DNA of 64,000 bases, taken from positions 2,220-66,219 of the forward strand of contig JBGAJY010000005.1 in the NCBI GenBank assembly GCA_044224705.1, given 5' to 3'. Both the position numbers and the translations under genes were made by a program. Of the stretch, positions 15,680-24,041 are shown in pieces. The notes under the pieces are model-generated. The model saw nothing but the letters and a program-made list of their open reading frames with translations. It made no database searches and had not been told where the DNA came from. This DNA is from Saprospiraceae bacterium (lineage in GTDB: Bacteria; Bacteroidota; Bacteroidia; Chitinophagales; Saprospiraceae). How positions within the stretch are numbered: the stretch's first letter is position 1; every line of letters begins with the position of its first letter.

Positions 15680-17080
15680 CTAAAGTATCGTCTCCTTCGT
15701 CGCATCCAGCATTCGCCTGCACTCCGCCAGATCGCCCGACTGGGCATACACCCGCAGTACCGGTTCGGTGCCCGATGCACGGATCATGACCCATTTTTCG
15801 TCGCCAAAGACGAACTTCCAACCGTCGAGATCTTCCACGCTCTGGATTTTGTACGAGCCGAAAGCCTTGTAGGAACGGCTGTTGCAGGCGGCGATCACAG
15901 CCTGTTTCTGCGCTTCGGTGATGTGCAGGTCGTCGCGGTCGAAGGCGAATTTGCCGACTTCCTTGTACACTTCTTCTACGAGACCTTTTACTGTTTTCCC
16001 GGTTTTGGCCATGAATTCGAGCACCAAGAGGCCGATCCACACGCCGTCGCGTTCCGGAATGTGCCCTTTGACGGCCAGGCCGCCGGATTCTTCACCGCCC
16101 ACGATCACGTCTTCCTTGGTCATGATTTCGGCAATGTACTTGAAGCCGACTTTCGTGATCTCGTATGGGAGGCCGAATTTTTCAGCCATTTTTTTCAGTT
16201 TGTCGGTCACCGAGAAGGTGAAAACGACTTTGCCGCGCAGGTTTTTGTATTTGTACAGATACAGCAGCAGGATGAGCAGCAGGTGGTGGCTGTCCACAAA
16301 ATTGCCGTCTTCATCGTACATCCCGATGCGGTCGGCATCGCCGTCGGTGGCGAGGCCTGCCGTGATTTTGGGATTCTTTTTAACGGTATCGCTGAGCAGC
16401 GTCAGGTTGCGGTGGATGGGCTCGGGCGCCTGGCCGTGCATTCCCGGGTTTTCGTCGCAATGCAGGAAAATGGAGCGGGGCAGGAGTTTGCGCACGGCGC
16501 GCTGGCCGGCGCCGTACATGGCATCGTAGGCGAGGCGTCCGGCGCTTTGTTTGATGGCGCTCAGGTCGAAGTTCTTCTTCGCATGGCGCAGGTACATGGT
16601 TTCGAGGTCGGCGTCGGCGAAGAGTTTTTTCTGCGTCAGTTCGCCCAGGGTGGGCAGTGATTTCAGCGAGCACGCTTCGGGAATAAGTTTTTCCACCTCG
16701 GCAATGTCGGCGGGTATCATCGGGCCGCCGTAAGAGGCTTTGAGTTTGAAGCCGTTGTAGGAAGGCGGGTTGTGGCTGGCCGTGATCACGATGCCGAGGT
16801 CCGCTTTGAGTTTCACGACACCCAGAGAAACCATCGGAGTGGATACGAAGCCCACTCCGGCGTGCACTTTGATGCCGTAGGCGCCGAGTACGCGGGCAGT
16901 TGCGCTGACGAACAAATTGCCGCCGAAACGGTAGTCATGACCGATAACGGCCTTTTTCATTTTGCGTGCTTTCATGAACAAGGCGGTCGCCTCGGCCACG
17001 CGCATCACATTCTCCACCGTGTAATCGTCGGCGATGATGGCACGCCAGCCGTCCGTGCCGAATTTGATCGGAATTGCCAT
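15680..17080 (-). CDS. Alpha-D-phosphohexomutase (phosphoglucomutase/phosphomannomutase family)
   Basis: Active-site 'ITASHNPPSYNGFK', metal loop 'ATDGDADRIG' and sugar loop 'GGEESGG'. 466 aa. Confidence 0.88.
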   Translation of the reverse strand: MAIPIKFGTDGWRAIIADDYTVENVMRVAEATALFMKARKMKKAVIGHDYRFGGNLFVSATARVLGAYGIKVHAGVGFVSTPMVSLGVVKLKADLGIVITASHNPPSYNGFKLKASYGGPMIPADIAEVEKLIPEACSLKSLPTLGELTQKKLFADADLETMYLRHAKKNFDLSAIKQSAGRLAYDAMYGAGQRAVRKLLPRSIFLHCDENPGMHGQAPEPIHRNLTLLSDTVKKNPKITAGLATDGDADRIGMYDEDGNFVDSHHLLLILLLYLYKYKNLRGKVVFTFSVTDKLKKMAEKFGLPYEITKVGFKYIAEIMTKEDVIVGGEESGGLAVKGHIPERDGVWIGLLVLEFMAKTGKTVKGLVEEVYKEVGKFAFDRDDLHITEAQKQAVIAACNSRSYKAFGSYKIQSVEDLDGWKFVFGDEKWVMIRASGTEPVLRVYAQSGDLAECRRMLDATKETIL

Positions 17081-17090
17081 GGAACGAAAT

Positions 17091-17155
17091 GATTTTGATT
17101 GATTCGATTGATTCGATTGAAATGATTGATTCGATTGTGTGATTGATTCGATTGA
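17091..17155. repeat. Tandem 9-nt array (GATTCGATT-type, ~7 units), inverted partner of 17261-17330
   Basis: The sequence gattttgatt gattcgatt gattcgatt gaaatgatt gattcgatt gtgtgatt gattcgatt ends 10 nt from the phosphohexomutase ATG (17080, minus strand). Confidence 0.9.
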
Positions 17156-17195
17156 GGCGTACTAAAAATGGTGTTCAATAAGATGGTAAGGCGGG

Positions 17196-17224
17196 CAAAT
17201 TTATTCGAAAGCCCCTTAGCTTTG
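17196..17224. promoter_or_regulatory. Back-to-back candidate Bacteroidota -7 boxes for the divergent genes
   Basis: CAAATTTA at 17196-17203 reads TAAATTTG on the minus strand. TAGCTTTG lies at 17217-17224 on the plus strand. Both fit TAnnTTTG. No clean -33 TTTG was seen. Confidence 0.35.
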
Positions 17225-17260
17225 CCATTCTTCTGAAACGATTTCAAATTTTCCCCCACC

Positions 17261-17330
17261 CAATCGAACCAATCGAATCAATCGAATCAATCGAACCAAT
17301 CGAATCAATCAAATCAATCGAACCAATCCA
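17261..17330. repeat. Tandem 9-nt array (CAATCGAAY, ~7.7 units), inverted partner of 17091-17155
   Basis: The sequence caatcgaac caatcgaat caatcgaat caatcgaac caatcgaat caatcaaat caatcgaac caatcca abuts the pcm ATG (17331). Confidence 0.9.
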
Positions 17331-17984
17331 ATGACCGACTCCTACCGCCACAAAGGTTTGCGCAAACGCCTCGTAGATGCGCTGCGACGGCGCGGCATCC
17401 GCGACGAAGGCGTGCTCTCGGCCATGGGGGCGGTGCCCAGGCATTTTTTTCTCGATAAAGCTTTTGAGGAACATGCCTACGAGGACAAGCCTTTCCCGAT
17501 CGGCAACAAACAAACCATTTCCCAGCCGTACACCGTCGCCTACCAAACGGCTTTGCTGGAAGTCAAAAACCGCGACCGGGTGCTCGAAATTGGCACGGGT
17601 TCGGGCTATCAGGCTGCTATTCTGGGGGCCATGGGCGCCCGGGTTTTTACCGTGGAACGTCAGGAGGCCCTTCATCTGCGCGCCAAAGAGTTGCTGGACA
17701 AAATGGGTTTTTCCAACATCCGCTGCTTTTTTCGCGACGGCATGAAGGGCCTTCCGGAATATGCACCATACGATAAAATCATCGTCACCGCAGGCGCTCC
17801 CGTAGTGCCCGGACCGCTGAAAGAACAACTCGCCATCGGCGGTATTCTGGTGATCCCCGTTGGGGAAGATGTGCAGTACATGTACCGCATCACCCGTGTA
17901 TCGGCAACCGAATTCCGTGAAGAAATACTGGATGCCTTCCGGTTCGTGCCCTTTCTGGAAGGTTTACAGAAAAAAAAGGAGTGA
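17331..17984 (+). CDS. pcm: Protein-L-isoaspartate O-methyltransferase
   Basis: SAM motif 'VLEIGTGSGYQAAIL'. 'ISQPYTVA' and 'IIVTAGAP...L..GG.LVIPVG' are typical of Pcm. 217 aa. Confidence 0.88.
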   Translation: MTDSYRHKGLRKRLVDALRRRGIRDEGVLSAMGAVPRHFFLDKAFEEHAYEDKPFPIGNKQTISQPYTVAYQTALLEVKNRDRVLEIGTGSGYQAAILGAMGARVFTVERQEALHLRAKELLDKMGFSNIRCFFRDGMKGLPEYAPYDKIIVTAGAPVVPGPLKEQLAIGGILVIPVGEDVQYMYRITRVSATEFREEILDAFRFVPFLEGLQKKKE

Positions 17985-17988
17985 GGTG

Positions 17989-18312
17989 TCAATGGCCTCC
18001 CACGGAACCGCCCAAAATCGCCAACAAAAACGATTCTATCAGAAACATGCCTCCGGCAAAGCACATTTGCAACACGATCCCAAAGGCCGTGCGATACCGC
18101 CTGCGATACAAAGCCGTCGGCAGGCAAACCAACAGAATTGCACCTAAAAGGACCAAGACAAGGGTGGTATATCCAAAAATGGAGATGAAATTCTGTTCCG
18201 TCCACGACCAGTCCCGGATAAAAATGGCTTCAAATTCCAGAGACGTACCCAGAACCCCCAAAGCGCCAAGCAGCCAGCGCAGCCAACTTGTTTTAAAGTA
18301 AACGTCCAGCAT
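17989..18312 (-). CDS. Small membrane protein (about 3 TM helices), hypothetical
   Basis: Hydrophobic segments WLRWLLGALGVLG, TLVLVLLGAILLVCL and MFLIESFLLAILGG. It is the last gene of a same-strand four-gene run. Confidence 0.5.
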   Translation of the reverse strand: MLDVYFKTSWLRWLLGALGVLGTSLEFEAIFIRDWSWTEQNFISIFGYTTLVLVLLGAILLVCLPTALYRRRYRTAFGIVLQMCFAGGMFLIESFLLAILGGSVGGH

Positions 18313-18321
18313 CTAAGGGGG

Positions 18322-19062
18322 CTATGTTTGTTGTCCGTTGTTCAGCAAGACCTTCAACACCCCGTATCCGACCAGTAAAATACCCGACAACAACACTGAG
18401 ATGCCGAACGCCGTCACAAACTCGTGCGGCTGCCGCAGGGTATTTGCCAGATCGCGCAGCAAGGCGAAAGGATTGGTCGCCAGGTCCCAGGAGTTCCAGC
18501 GCTGAAACCGCCCGAGCCATACGCCGAAGCCACCCAGGCCGATCGCGCAGCAGAGCAAAAGCCAACTCAATCCTGCCGAAAACCAGCGCCGCAATACGTG
18601 CTGAACCTCATACAACGACAACAGCCCCAGCAACAGCCCCGTGCTCGCCGTGGCGAACAACAAGGTCATGTCGTACCACACCGGCACCGGCAGCCGCTGG
18701 CGCAGGTGCACAAAATCGGTGACGATATACGGTGCATTCGGGAAAAAGACCAGCCACAGCGCCAGCCAGCCGAACTGTATTGTTTTTCGGACGCCGAGTC
18801 GTGACAGCCGCTCAGTGCGCAAAGCAGCCAGATAAGGCACCCAGGCCAGGAACAAATTCCAGCCCAGAAACAGGTAAGTGCCCTGTACATTCCGGGTGGA
18901 TATGAGCTCGTCCAGCGAACGGATAGCCGTCAGATTGGACCAGTTGAAATACATGCGGCCGAACAGGAGCAGGCCCACACAACAGCTGGCCAGGGCGAGC
19001 ATCAAAAACAAATTGCGTTGCTGCTGATCCCGGAAATAAGTGGATAAGAATTTCATGATCAA
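18322..19062 (-). CDS. Polytopic membrane protein, DUF1361-like
   Basis: Six to seven hydrophobic helices. The 'GWNLFLAWVPY' motif recalls DUF1361. The family call rests on memory only. Confidence 0.5.
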   Translation of the reverse strand: MIMKFLSTYFRDQQQRNLFLMLALASCCVGLLLFGRMYFNWSNLTAIRSLDELISTRNVQGTYLFLGWNLFLAWVPYLAALRTERLSRLGVRKTIQFGWLALWLVFFPNAPYIVTDFVHLRQRLPVPVWYDMTLLFATASTGLLLGLLSLYEVQHVLRRWFSAGLSWLLLCCAIGLGGFGVWLGRFQRWNSWDLATNPFALLRDLANTLRQPHEFVTAFGISVLLSGILLVGYGVLKVLLNNGQQT

Positions 19063-19078
19063 TAGGCTGTAAGATTGT

Positions 19079-19387
19079 TCAGTCGTCGTCTCGACCCAGT
19101 TTTACGAGTGCTTCCAGGGCATCCAGATGCGCCCTGAACGCGGTGCGGCCCGTTTCGGTGGCCGCGTAAGTTGTCCGCGGTTTGCGACCTACAAATTCTT
19201 TTCGCACGGTGATGCATTCCGCCGCCTCGAGTGCTTTCAGGTGGCTCGCCAGGTTGCCATCGGTCAGGTCGAGCGCCTCCTTGAGGGTATTGTACTCCAC
19301 CCAATCGTTCACCACCAGAATGGACATGATGCCCAGCCGGTTGCGGTGATCGAAAGCAGGATTGAGTTGAGTAATAATGTTTTTCAT
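19079..19387 (-). CDS. Small winged-helix transcriptional regulator
   Basis: 102 aa. The pattern 'YNTLKEALDLTDGNLASHLKALEAAECITVRKEFVGRKPRTTYAATETG' fits helix-turn-helix plus a beta-wing. The ATG overlaps the upstream gene's stop (ATGA at 19384-19387). Confidence 0.6.
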   Translation of the reverse strand: MKNIITQLNPAFDHRNRLGIMSILVVNDWVEYNTLKEALDLTDGNLASHLKALEAAECITVRKEFVGRKPRTTYAATETGRTAFRAHLDALEALVKLGRDDD

Positions 19388-20040
19388 GTCGGCGTGCCGT
19401 CGTATTTGAGGTACATCCAGGCTCCGTAAAAAATGTGCATCAGCCCGAAACCGATGGCCCAGAGTTCGAGGCCCCGGCCCAGAAAAAAGACGCCGAGCAA
19501 ACCGAGCGCCGTTTCGGTCAGGCCGAGGTATTCGATGTCGCGCAGCGTGAATTTACTGCCGTTCACCAACGCCATGCCGTAAAAAACCAGCGTAGCCGGA
19601 GGCACCAGCGCCGGCAGGTCCCAGTACAGCAAACCCAGGCAAAAAATGCCGCCCGCTATCAAAGGCACTGCGAGGGCCGCCGCCAGACGCCGCGAAGTAT
19701 GGTCCCATACCCGGGCGCTTCGCCGCCGGGCTTTCCGCCATGTGAAAAACAAACCGCCCGCCAAAGCAGCCAGCAACACCGAACCCCCAATGAGCAAAAA
19801 GGCCATTTTGTAGTTCATTCCCCATTTAATGGTGTGCAAAGCGCGTACAAAATAGTCGCCCTCGTCGCCCGCAAAGGGCGTCATGCCAAGAAAAGCATAC
19901 ACTGCCGTAGCGCCCGCCAACGCACAGAGTCCGGCCCAAACGCCCGACAAGCCGCTCAGGCTCAAAAAACGGCTGTTGCGATCCATCAGCGCGCGCATGG
20001 CGGCCAGGTGTTCAAGATGTTGTTTCGCGTCTTCGATCAT
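19384..20040 (-). CDS. Membrane protein (5-6 TM), hypothetical; first gene of the wHTH operon
   Basis: Multiple hydrophobic helices. Translationally coupled to the wHTH gene. Confidence 0.55.
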   Translation of the reverse strand: MIEDAKQHLEHLAAMRALMDRNSRFLSLSGLSGVWAGLCALAGATAVYAFLGMTPFAGDEGDYFVRALHTIKWGMNYKMAFLLIGGSVLLAALAGGLFFTWRKARRRSARVWDHTSRRLAAALAVPLIAGGIFCLGLLYWDLPALVPPATLVFYGMALVNGSKFTLRDIEYLGLTETALGLLGVFFLGRGLELWAIGFGLMHIFYGAWMYLKYDGTPT

Positions 20041-20057
20041 GGTTGGTTGCGATAAAG

Positions 20058-20076
20058 AACTTTGTGTGGCAAAGTT
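20058..20076. promoter_or_regulatory. Small inverted repeat upstream of the wHTH operon (possible operator)
   Basis: AACTTTG-tgtgg-CAAAGTT lies 18 nt upstream of the operon's first start codon (20040, minus strand). Confidence 0.25.
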
Positions 20077-20219
20077 AAGTATTTTGAATGGACCGCCGAA
20101 CAGACTGAAGTTTGTTTTTATCCGTCAAAAATCCGCATTCCTGTATTCGTCAGCCGTCAATCAAAACAAGCCCCCACAAAGCCCGTACCTTGCCGCCACA
20201 TTCCCACTTTTTTTGAAAA

Positions 20220-20945
20220 ATGTTGATTTACGGTCATCATCCCGTTGTGGAAGCCATCGAGTCCGGTCGTCCGGTCGAAAAAGTTTTTTTCCAGCAAGGC
20301 CTTCGCGGCGAGATGGAAAAGGAGATCCGGCACCTTACCAAAGCGCACGACATCCCTCTGCAGGTGGTGCCGCGCGAACGTCTCAACAAAATGGTACGGG
20401 GCAACCATCAGGGTGTCGCCGCCTGGCTTTCGCTCGTCGAATTCCAGAACCTGGAAGATGTCGTCCCGCATTTGTTCGAACGGGGTGAAATACCCCTGCT
20501 CCTGCTGCTCGACGGCGTCACCGACGTGCGCAATTTCGGCGCCATCTGCCGTTCGGCGTTTTGCCTCGGCGCCCATGCGGTGATCATTCCCACTTCCGGC
20601 GCCGCGCCGGCCAACGAAGACGCCATGAAAGCCTCCGCCGGCGCCCTGGCCAAAGTGCAGCTCTGCCGTGTAAAAAGCATGTATTCCGCCGTGGATTGGC
20701 TCAAAGCCAGCGGCATACAGGTGGTCTCTACCGCGCTCACCGACCGATCTGTTCCAGTGTATGAAGTAGATTTTCGCCTGCCCACCGCTATCCTGATGGG
20801 CGCCGAAGACACGGGCGTAAGCCCGAAACTGCTCAAAATGTCCGACCAGGTGACCCGTATCCCGCAGGCTACCGATTTTGACTCCTTCAACGTAAGCGTC
20901 GCCGCCGGCATCGTGCTGTATGAGGCGCTTCGCCAAAGAACTTAA
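20220..20945 (+). CDS. rlmB: TrmH/SpoU-family 23S rRNA 2'-O-ribose methyltransferase (RlmB-like)
   Basis: N-terminal substrate-binding region 'IYGHHPVVEAIESGRPVEKVF'. SpoU motifs 'LLLLDGVTDVRNFGAICRSA', 'ILMGAEDTGVS' and 'IPQATDFDSFNVSVAAGIVLYE'. Confidence 0.75.
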   Translation: MLIYGHHPVVEAIESGRPVEKVFFQQGLRGEMEKEIRHLTKAHDIPLQVVPRERLNKMVRGNHQGVAAWLSLVEFQNLEDVVPHLFERGEIPLLLLLDGVTDVRNFGAICRSAFCLGAHAVIIPTSGAAPANEDAMKASAGALAKVQLCRVKSMYSAVDWLKASGIQVVSTALTDRSVPVYEVDFRLPTAILMGAEDTGVSPKLLKMSDQVTRIPQATDFDSFNVSVAAGIVLYEALRQRT

Positions 20946-20954
20946 CAGGAACAG

Positions 20955-21767
20955 ATGCACGTTTTTACCGATCAACTGGACCGGGACGTGTCACTACCCG
21001 GGTGGCCGCCGCAGCGGATCATTTCGCTCGTACCCTCGCAAACCGAGTTGCTGTACGAGCTGGGTTTGGAAAACGAAGTGGTCGGAATCACCAAATTCTG
21101 CGTTCATCCGTTGCACTGGTTTCGCGAAAAAACGCATATCGGTGGCACCAAGACCCTGAATTTTCAAAAAATAGCGGCGTTGCGCCCCGACTTGATCATC
21201 GGCAACAAAGAGGAAAACGAATTCGGACAAATCGCCGCCCTGGCCGAACAATTCCCCGTTTGGCTCAGTGACGTACGCACCCTGGAAGCGGCCTGGGACA
21301 TGATGCGCCGGATCGGGGCCCTGACGGGCAAAGCCACACAAGCCGCGGATTTGGTGCAGGCCATTCAGGCTGAATTTTTACGCCACGGATTGCCGGCTAC
21401 GGACTCCGCCCACCCGGGCATCCGGGCCGCCTATTTTATTTGGCGCAAACCGTGGATGGTTGCCGGCGACGATACGTTTATCGACGCTGTGATGCAGACG
21501 GCCGGTTTTGAAAACGTTTTTGCAGGCCTCGGGCGGTATCCGGAAATCTCGATGGAACAGTTGGCTGCGGCTCAGCCGGAGCATATTCTTTTGTCGTCCG
21601 AACCCTATCCGTTTGCCGAAAAACATGTCGGCGCCTTCCTCGAAATTTGCCCGCAGGCGAAGGTTCGGATCGTGGATGGCGAGCTGTTTTCATGGTACGG
21701 CAGCCGGCTCCGGTACGCGCCGGCTTATTTGTCCGACTTGCGAAAAGTCATTTTTGACCAAAAATGA
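20955..21767 (+). CDS. Periplasmic-binding-protein (BtuF/helical-backbone metal receptor-like) domain protein
   Basis: 'RIISLVPSQTELLYELGL..VVGIT', 'LRPDLIIGNKE' and 'IWRKPWMVAGDDTFI' are typical of PBP type 2 (PF01497-like). No obvious signal peptide. Confidence 0.6.
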   Translation: MHVFTDQLDRDVSLPGWPPQRIISLVPSQTELLYELGLENEVVGITKFCVHPLHWFREKTHIGGTKTLNFQKIAALRPDLIIGNKEENEFGQIAALAEQFPVWLSDVRTLEAAWDMMRRIGALTGKATQAADLVQAIQAEFLRHGLPATDSAHPGIRAAYFIWRKPWMVAGDDTFIDAVMQTAGFENVFAGLGRYPEISMEQLAAAQPEHILLSSEPYPFAEKHVGAFLEICPQAKVRIVDGELFSWYGSRLRYAPAYLSDLRKVIFDQK

Positions 21768-21841
21768 CGCGCCTCCAGCCAACCTTTTTTTAAAATTGAC
21801 CTTCTTTGAGGCAAAATCTATCACGCCTCCAGTTTTTAAAC

Positions 21842-23494
21842 ATGAAAAATCTGCTACTTACCGCCTTTGCCCTATTGGCTATCTCGGGTTTTTGTCAAAG
21901 CCCGAACCTGCAAACGGAGTCTTCCGGCAACCGCCGCGCGGGCGAAATCCTTGTGCAACTCGAGCCGAATCAAACCTTCGACAAGGTCTTCGCCGGGCAA
22001 AGTTTTTTTGTCCTGAAAAATGTTGTGGCGCCGGATTGGCACATCCTCTTGCTTGGTTTTGACGAGCAACCCGGCCAGGGCGAAGCAGCCCTGAACAAAG
22101 TAAACCGCCTCCCCGGTGTCCGGGTCGCCCAGTGGAACCACGAAGCCGAGTCGCGCGCCACGCCGAACGATCCCAGCTGGGCCTCCCAAACGGATATGAC
22201 CCTGATCGGCATGCCGCGGGCCTGGGACGGCTCCACCGGCGGAGTGATGTACACCCGCGACAGCATCCGGGGCGACACGATCGTCGTGGCGGTGCTGGAA
22301 GAAGGTTTTTTGATCACTCACCCCGATATTACGCCCAATCTCTGGCACAACTGGGGCGAACATCCGGGCAACAACTTTGACGACGACGGCAACGGCTACG
22401 TGGACGATTACACCGGCTGGGATCCCGTCGACGGCGCCTCCGGACCGGGCAATACCGCCCCCCACGGCACCTCGGTTTGCGGCATCGTCGGCGCCCGCGG
22501 CAACAACAACCTGGGTGTGAGCGGCGTCAACTGGAACGTCAAACTGATGGTGATGACCCATTCGGCCAAGTTTGAATCCGACATCGTGGCCGCCTATTAT
22601 TATGTCGCGAAAATGCGCCGCCGGTACAACGAATCCAACGGCAACGAAGGCGCCTTCGTCGTGGCCACCAACGCCTCCTTCGGGATCGACGGCGGCAAAC
22701 CTGCACAACACCCGCTCTGGTGTGCCGTGTACGATTCGCTCGGCAGGGTCGGCGTGCTGAATATTGGCGCCACGGCCAACAGCAACGTGAACGTGGACCT
22801 GGTCGGCGACATTCCGAGCACCTGCCCCAGCCAGTACCTCGTCGGGGTGACCAATGTCGTGGCCTCTTCCGATGTAAAAAGCATCAGCGCGGGCTATGGC
22901 GCGGAGTCCATCGACATCGGCTCGCCGGGCGACGGATCATTCACCACGGCCATCGGCTCCGGCGGGACGGCAGGGTATGCCAATTTCACCGGCACATCGG
23001 CTGCCACGCCGCACGTCACCGGCGCCGTGGCCTTGCTGTATTCGCTCGACTGCCCCAGCCTGGCCGGCGACGCGCTGAGCAATCCCGCCGCTTGCGCCCT
23101 TCGTTTTAAAGAACTGTTGCTCAAAAGCGCGACGCCGAACTCCAGCCTCGAAGGCATTACCGTCACCGGGGGGCGCCTCGATGTAGCAGCCGCAGCCGAT
23201 TCCGTGCGCGCTTCCTGCGGCGGCTCGTCCGGGCCGCTGGCTATTTTCGCCATCCAGCCCAACCCAACCCGCTCGACACTGGAGCTCCGGTATGAAACGC
23301 CCAATTTCGAACCTTACACTTTCCGCGTGTTCAACATGCTAGGACAATTGCTCTTCGAAGACGTGATCCATCCGGAACAATTCGGCGAGAAATACTACCG
23401 CTGGGACGATGTAAAATACCTTCCCGCAGGGGTGTATGTAGCGGCTATTACCCAGGGCCGCGCACGAGTAGCAAGGAAATTTGTGAAAATTTAA
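21842..23494 (+). CDS. Secreted subtilisin-family (S8) peptidase with T9SS C-terminal sorting domain
   Basis: Signal MKNLLLTAFALLAISGFCQ. His box 'HGTSVCGIVGA' and Ser box 'GTSAATPHVTGAVALL'. 'DDDGNGYVDDYTGWD' loop. C-terminus 'IQPNPTRSTLELRY...VFNMLGQ...LPAGVYVAAI'. The Asp box reads 'VAVLEEGF' instead of D(T/S)G. Confidence 0.8.
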   Translation: MKNLLLTAFALLAISGFCQSPNLQTESSGNRRAGEILVQLEPNQTFDKVFAGQSFFVLKNVVAPDWHILLLGFDEQPGQGEAALNKVNRLPGVRVAQWNHEAESRATPNDPSWASQTDMTLIGMPRAWDGSTGGVMYTRDSIRGDTIVVAVLEEGFLITHPDITPNLWHNWGEHPGNNFDDDGNGYVDDYTGWDPVDGASGPGNTAPHGTSVCGIVGARGNNNLGVSGVNWNVKLMVMTHSAKFESDIVAAYYYVAKMRRRYNESNGNEGAFVVATNASFGIDGGKPAQHPLWCAVYDSLGRVGVLNIGATANSNVNVDLVGDIPSTCPSQYLVGVTNVVASSDVKSISAGYGAESIDIGSPGDGSFTTAIGSGGTAGYANFTGTSAATPHVTGAVALLYSLDCPSLAGDALSNPAACALRFKELLLKSATPNSSLEGITVTGGRLDVAAAADSVRASCGGSSGPLAIFAIQPNPTRSTLELRYETPNFEPYTFRVFNMLGQLLFEDVIHPEQFGEKYYRWDDVKYLPAGVYVAAITQGRARVARKFVKI

Positions 23495-23501
23495 AATCCT
23501 G

Positions 23502-23534
23502 TTTGGTTTTTCAGGCGCTTGCATTCTATCTTTG
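23502..23534 (+). promoter_or_regulatory. Candidate Bacteroidota promoter for tRNA-Arg
   Basis: TTTG (23502-23505), a 21-nt spacer, then TATCTTTG (23527-23534), matching the -33 TTTG / -7 TAnnTTTG pattern. The tRNA starts 23 nt downstream. Confidence 0.5.
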
Positions 23535-23556
23535 CAGCCCGAAATCAAAGGGGAAT

Positions 23557-23632
23557 GGCTCCGTAGCTTAATGGATAGAGCATCTGACTACGGATCAGAA
23601 GGTTAGAGGTTCGAGTCCTCTCGGAGTCACCA
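23557..23632 (+). tRNA. tRNA-Arg (anticodon ACG), CCA encoded
   Basis: Manual cloverleaf. Acceptor GGCTCCG/CGGAGTC (one G-U pair). D-arm GCTT..GAGC. Anticodon stem TCTGA/TCAGA with loop C-T-ACG-G-A. T-arm AGAGG-TTCGAGT-CCTCT. Discriminator A followed by CCA. Confidence 0.92.
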
Positions 23633-23732
23633 CATTTTTCAAATGCCTGTCTGTCTGCACTTTAAATACCAAACGACACCGGGCATTTTTAACGCCAGGC
23701 TGCTTTTAGCAGTTTAAAATTCAGAAAGAGTC

Positions 23733-23990
23733 ATGCCGAAAGTTTGTGATTTGACGGGAAAAAAGCCGATTACCGGCAACCACGTGTCGCACTCCAACCG
23801 TAAGACGAAGCGCCGTTTTTACCCCAACCTGCAAACGAAGAAGTTCTTCATGCCGGAAACGGGCGAATGGGTGACGCTCAAAGTGAGCACCTCAGCCATT
23901 CGTACCATCAGTAAAATGGGCCTCTACGCTTACATCAAAAAACTGGAGAAAAAAGGCGAAATCGTCTTCCACTCCGAGCCGGCCTGCTGA
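23733..23990 (+). CDS. rpmB: 50S ribosomal protein L28
   Basis: MPKVCDLTGKKPITGNHVSHSNRKTKRRFYPNLQ... is the canonical L28 N-terminus. Confidence 0.92.
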   Translation: MPKVCDLTGKKPITGNHVSHSNRKTKRRFYPNLQTKKFFMPETGEWVTLKVSTSAIRTISKMGLYAYIKKLEKKGEIVFHSEPAC

Positions 23991-24041
23991 ACCGGAACGA
24001 TCCTCAGCACACAGTCTTAATATCCAGCTTAATATCCAGAT

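Noticed and set aside
17005-17828. ORFs 17005-17259 and 17244-17828 (minus) covering the 9-nt arrays.
   Set aside because: The first is a translation of the repeat arrays (NRINRINQ). The second is antisense to pcm, with an IDSIGSIDS tail derived from the array.
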